From: Alphaproteobacteria bacterium
GTDB lineage: Bacteria; Pseudomonadota; Alphaproteobacteria; UBA8317
Length of the DNA stretch: 10,028 bases
Reading direction: 5' to 3'
Assembly (NCBI GenBank): GCA_038131935.1
Contig: JAYPQH010000044.1
Span: 1-10,028, forward strand
A model generated the notes under the pieces. The model was not told the origin of the DNA and did not search any database. It saw only the letters and a list, made by a program, of their open reading frames with translations. Made by a program: the position numbers and the translations under genes. This document shows positions 8,143 to 10,028 of the stretch, piece by piece (the stretch's first letter is position 1; every line of letters starts with the position of its first letter).

Positions 8143-9419
8143 TTAGAGGGCTAACTGACATAACATTTTTGACAAAATATGGCTTGCTGCGAGAAAGTCT
8201 TTTATATCCATGGCTTCGTAAGGGTTATGGCTACCATTCTCATTGCGAACAAATAACATGGTGCTGGGAATATTTTGGTTGGCAAAAACAGCTGTATCAT
8301 GTCCTGCTCCAGATGCCATAATTTCAAAATCAACTTGCTGGTCAGAAGCCGTTTGTTGGGCAAGCGCGACCAATTTAGGGTCCATTATTGCTGCTTTGGT
8401 TTGAGAAACATCCCCCAAATCAATAGATAACTTTCGTTTCTGGGAGATGTCTTCAGCCTCTTCAGCCAATAAATTTCCAAACAATTTTAATGTTGTTTCA
8501 TCTTGGCTTCTATACTCAATAGAAAAACAAACCATTCCAGGTATGCGTGAGACGGCATGTTCTTTTGCATCTGTTTCCACGATGCCAAAGGTAAGAACCA
8601 AGTCTTCTCCCTGTTCTAGAAGGGTCTTCCAATGTCCATCCATGCGGTGCATCAATTCAGCCATGGCAAGAACAGCATCATGGCGTAACCAGCGTCGAAC
8701 CGCGCCTGAATGTCAACTTCACCTGTTATAACGGCTTTACGATGGCGTACATTCCACGAATGCCTGTCACACCTATTGGTTTTTCTTTGTACCAATACGG
8801 GACCTTGTTCGATATGTAGTTCCACCCAAGCAGCAAATTGATGGCTTTCTGCCCAAGGAGCCTGTTCCATCATGGCATCTACCTGGATCCCACAACTTTC
8901 CATTTGAGCTCGTAAAGGACGTTTCTGACTTCGATGCATACTTTCGAGATCATGGTCCGTGAGTTGTCCAAACATCGCGCGAGAGCCAAAGTAGCAAGGC
9001 CCTCCAAACCATGCACTCTCTTCACCACGGAGTATATAGGTACGTAGAGTCCTTGATAAGTTTTGCTGTTGTGCATCAAGAAGGGTCAACAAGCCCGCCA
9101 CAACACCTGCGGAGCCATCATAGTTACCGCCTTGCGGAACGGAATCTAGATGTGAACCCGTGGCCACAAAAGGAAGAGATGTATCCAAACCAGGACATTC
9201 CACAATCATATTGCCTGCTGGATCTGCAAAACAAGACAAGCCAGAAGCGACCGCGAGAGAAGCAATAAAATCTATAGCTTTTGTTTCGCTATGGCCATAG
9301 GTTTCCCGGCTTACACCTACGCCATCAAATGAGAGGTTTCTTAAAACTTCAAAAATCTGCTTCGTACCTTCCTCGCGATCAAGCTTAAGCGCCTGTAAGA
9401 GGTTGGTGGGTAAGCTCAT
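8143..9419 (-). CDS. M20 Zn-dependent hydantoinase/carbamoylase-family amidase (N-carbamoyl-amino-acid / allantoate amidohydrolase-like), frameshifted at ~8690-8790
   Basis: AAGGAG precedes ATG 9419. GSHLDSVPQGGNYDG, EESAWF and ELHIEQGP lie in the N-terminal ORF. TGIRG and HSGAV.RWLRHDA are recoverable across the shifts. SGAGHD and GSHNPYE lie in the C-terminal ORF 8143..8664. Confidence 0.9.
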
Positions 9420-9457
9420 CCTAGACTCTGCTCCTTGGCAGATTCTTCGAGCTAGAA

Positions 9458-9480
9458 ACGTGTCAGGACTGGACATCGTA
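9458..9480. promoter_or_regulatory. Degenerate second copy of the operator upstream of the carbamoylase
   Basis: ACGTGTCAGGACTGGACATCGTA contains TGTCAGGAC (identical to the core of the 9544 site) followed by GGACATCGTA (9/10 match to its right arm). Confidence 0.5.
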
Positions 9481-9543
9481 TAATTACTCCGCCTAAAAAC
9501 TACGTGTAATCTATTTGCATAAGTCCTTCAACCTTTGTTGATG

Positions 9544-9567
9544 TTTATGATGTCAGGACATCATAAA
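9544..9567. promoter_or_regulatory. Perfect 11-bp inverted repeat, putative GntR (HutC-subfamily-like) operator
   Basis: TTTATGATGTC-AG-GACATCATAAA has a GT-N4-AC core with AT-rich flanks. It lies 25 nt upstream of the aldolase ATG in a divergent intergenic region. Confidence 0.7.
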
Positions 9568-9592
9568 AGGACTGTTGGACAAGGAGGTGTCG

Positions 9593-10028
9593 ATGAACAA
9601 GCAGGTGGTCGGCTTTGATGTGCCCGCCATGGTGGGGATGTCCATAAATGATATTGCCACACCAAGCCTAGTTCTAGATCTGGATGCTTTAGAATGGAAT
9701 ATTCAGACCATGGGGCGTATATGTAAAGATTTGAATATTGGTCATCGTGCCCATGGCAAAATGCACAAATCAGCAGATGTAGCCAAATTGCAAATGTCTC
9801 TTGGTGGAGCCGTTGGAATTTGTTGCCAGAAAGTCAGTGAAGCAGAGGCATTCGCGCGCGCTGGTATCAACAATATACTGATTACCAATCAAGTCGTTGG
9901 GTCGCCTGCTATCAACCGGCTTATAGCATTGGTTGGATCCGGGATAGAAATTGCCTGCTGTGTGGATCATTTTGACAATGTCAAAATGTTAGAAGCAGCA
10001 GCACAAAATGCTGGCGTCCAGCTGAATT
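9593..10028 (+). CDS. bhcC: PLP-dependent 3-hydroxy-D-aspartate aldolase (BhcC/DhaA; DSD1/D-threonine aldolase family), 3'-truncated by the window edge
   Basis: Not in the ORF track because there is no stop. AAGGAGGT RBS precedes ATG 9593. My translation: MNKQVVGFDVPAMVGMSINDIATPSLVLDLDALEWNIQTMG...HRAHGKMHKSADVAKLQMSLGGAVGICCQKVSEAEAFARAGINNILITNQV. The VG(F/Y)D.PA..GM leader, HR.HGKMHKS (PLP lysine) and CCQKVSEAEAF match Paracoccus BhcC as I recall it, rather than the generic RPH.KTHK type. Confidence 0.8.
   Translation, partial: MNKQVVGFDVPAMVGMSINDIATPSLVLDLDALEWNIQTMGRICKDLNIGHRAHGKMHKSADVAKLQMSLGGAVGICCQKVSEAEAFARAGINNILITNQVVGSPAINRLIALVGSGIEIACCVDHFDNVKMLEAAAQNAGVQLN

Noticed and set aside
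52-9970. Remaining short overlapping or antisense ORFs in the track (e.g. 1093..1362, 1426..1761, 2473..2823, 6381..6599, 8447..8731, 9770..9970)
   Set aside because: Shadow ORFs of well-supported genes with no independent evidence.
1-10028. Mobile elements, CRISPR arrays, tRNA/rRNA, defence systems
   Set aside because: No transposase or integrase motifs, spaced direct repeats or RNA gene signatures were seen.

Overview
Bacterial, gene-dense, moderately AT-rich accessory catabolic region, probably alphaproteobacterial (inferred from the PyrE-like and BhcC-like proteins). It holds 11 enzyme genes and no intact regulator, transporter, mobile element, RNA gene or CRISPR array. Left to right: the 3' part of a PaaI thioesterase (+); a minus-strand run, in transcription order AstE/AspA-family deacylase, beta-decarboxylating dehydrogenase, amidohydrolase_2, fluoroacetate/haloacetate dehalogenase, SDR, enoyl-CoA hydratase; a divergent Ldh_2-family dehydrogenase (+); a ~420-bp gap between convergent genes; a minus-strand pair of an M20 N-carbamoyl amidohydrolase and a divergent orotate-PRTase paralogue; and the 5' part of a BhcC/DhaA-like 3-hydroxyaspartate aldolase (+, absent from the ORF track) lying outside the usual bhcABCD order. 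A perfect 11-2-11 palindrome (TTTATGATGTC-AG-GACATCATAAA) resembling a GntR-family operator sits in the last divergent promoter, with a degenerate copy nearby. Four genes are broken by frameshifts, mostly clustered deletions, which look more like long-read consensus errors than pseudogenisation. Main hypothesis (inference only): an uncharacterised catabolic system centred on glyoxylate/3-hydroxyaspartate chemistry, fed by N-carbamoyl/N-acyl substrates and possibly haloacetates.
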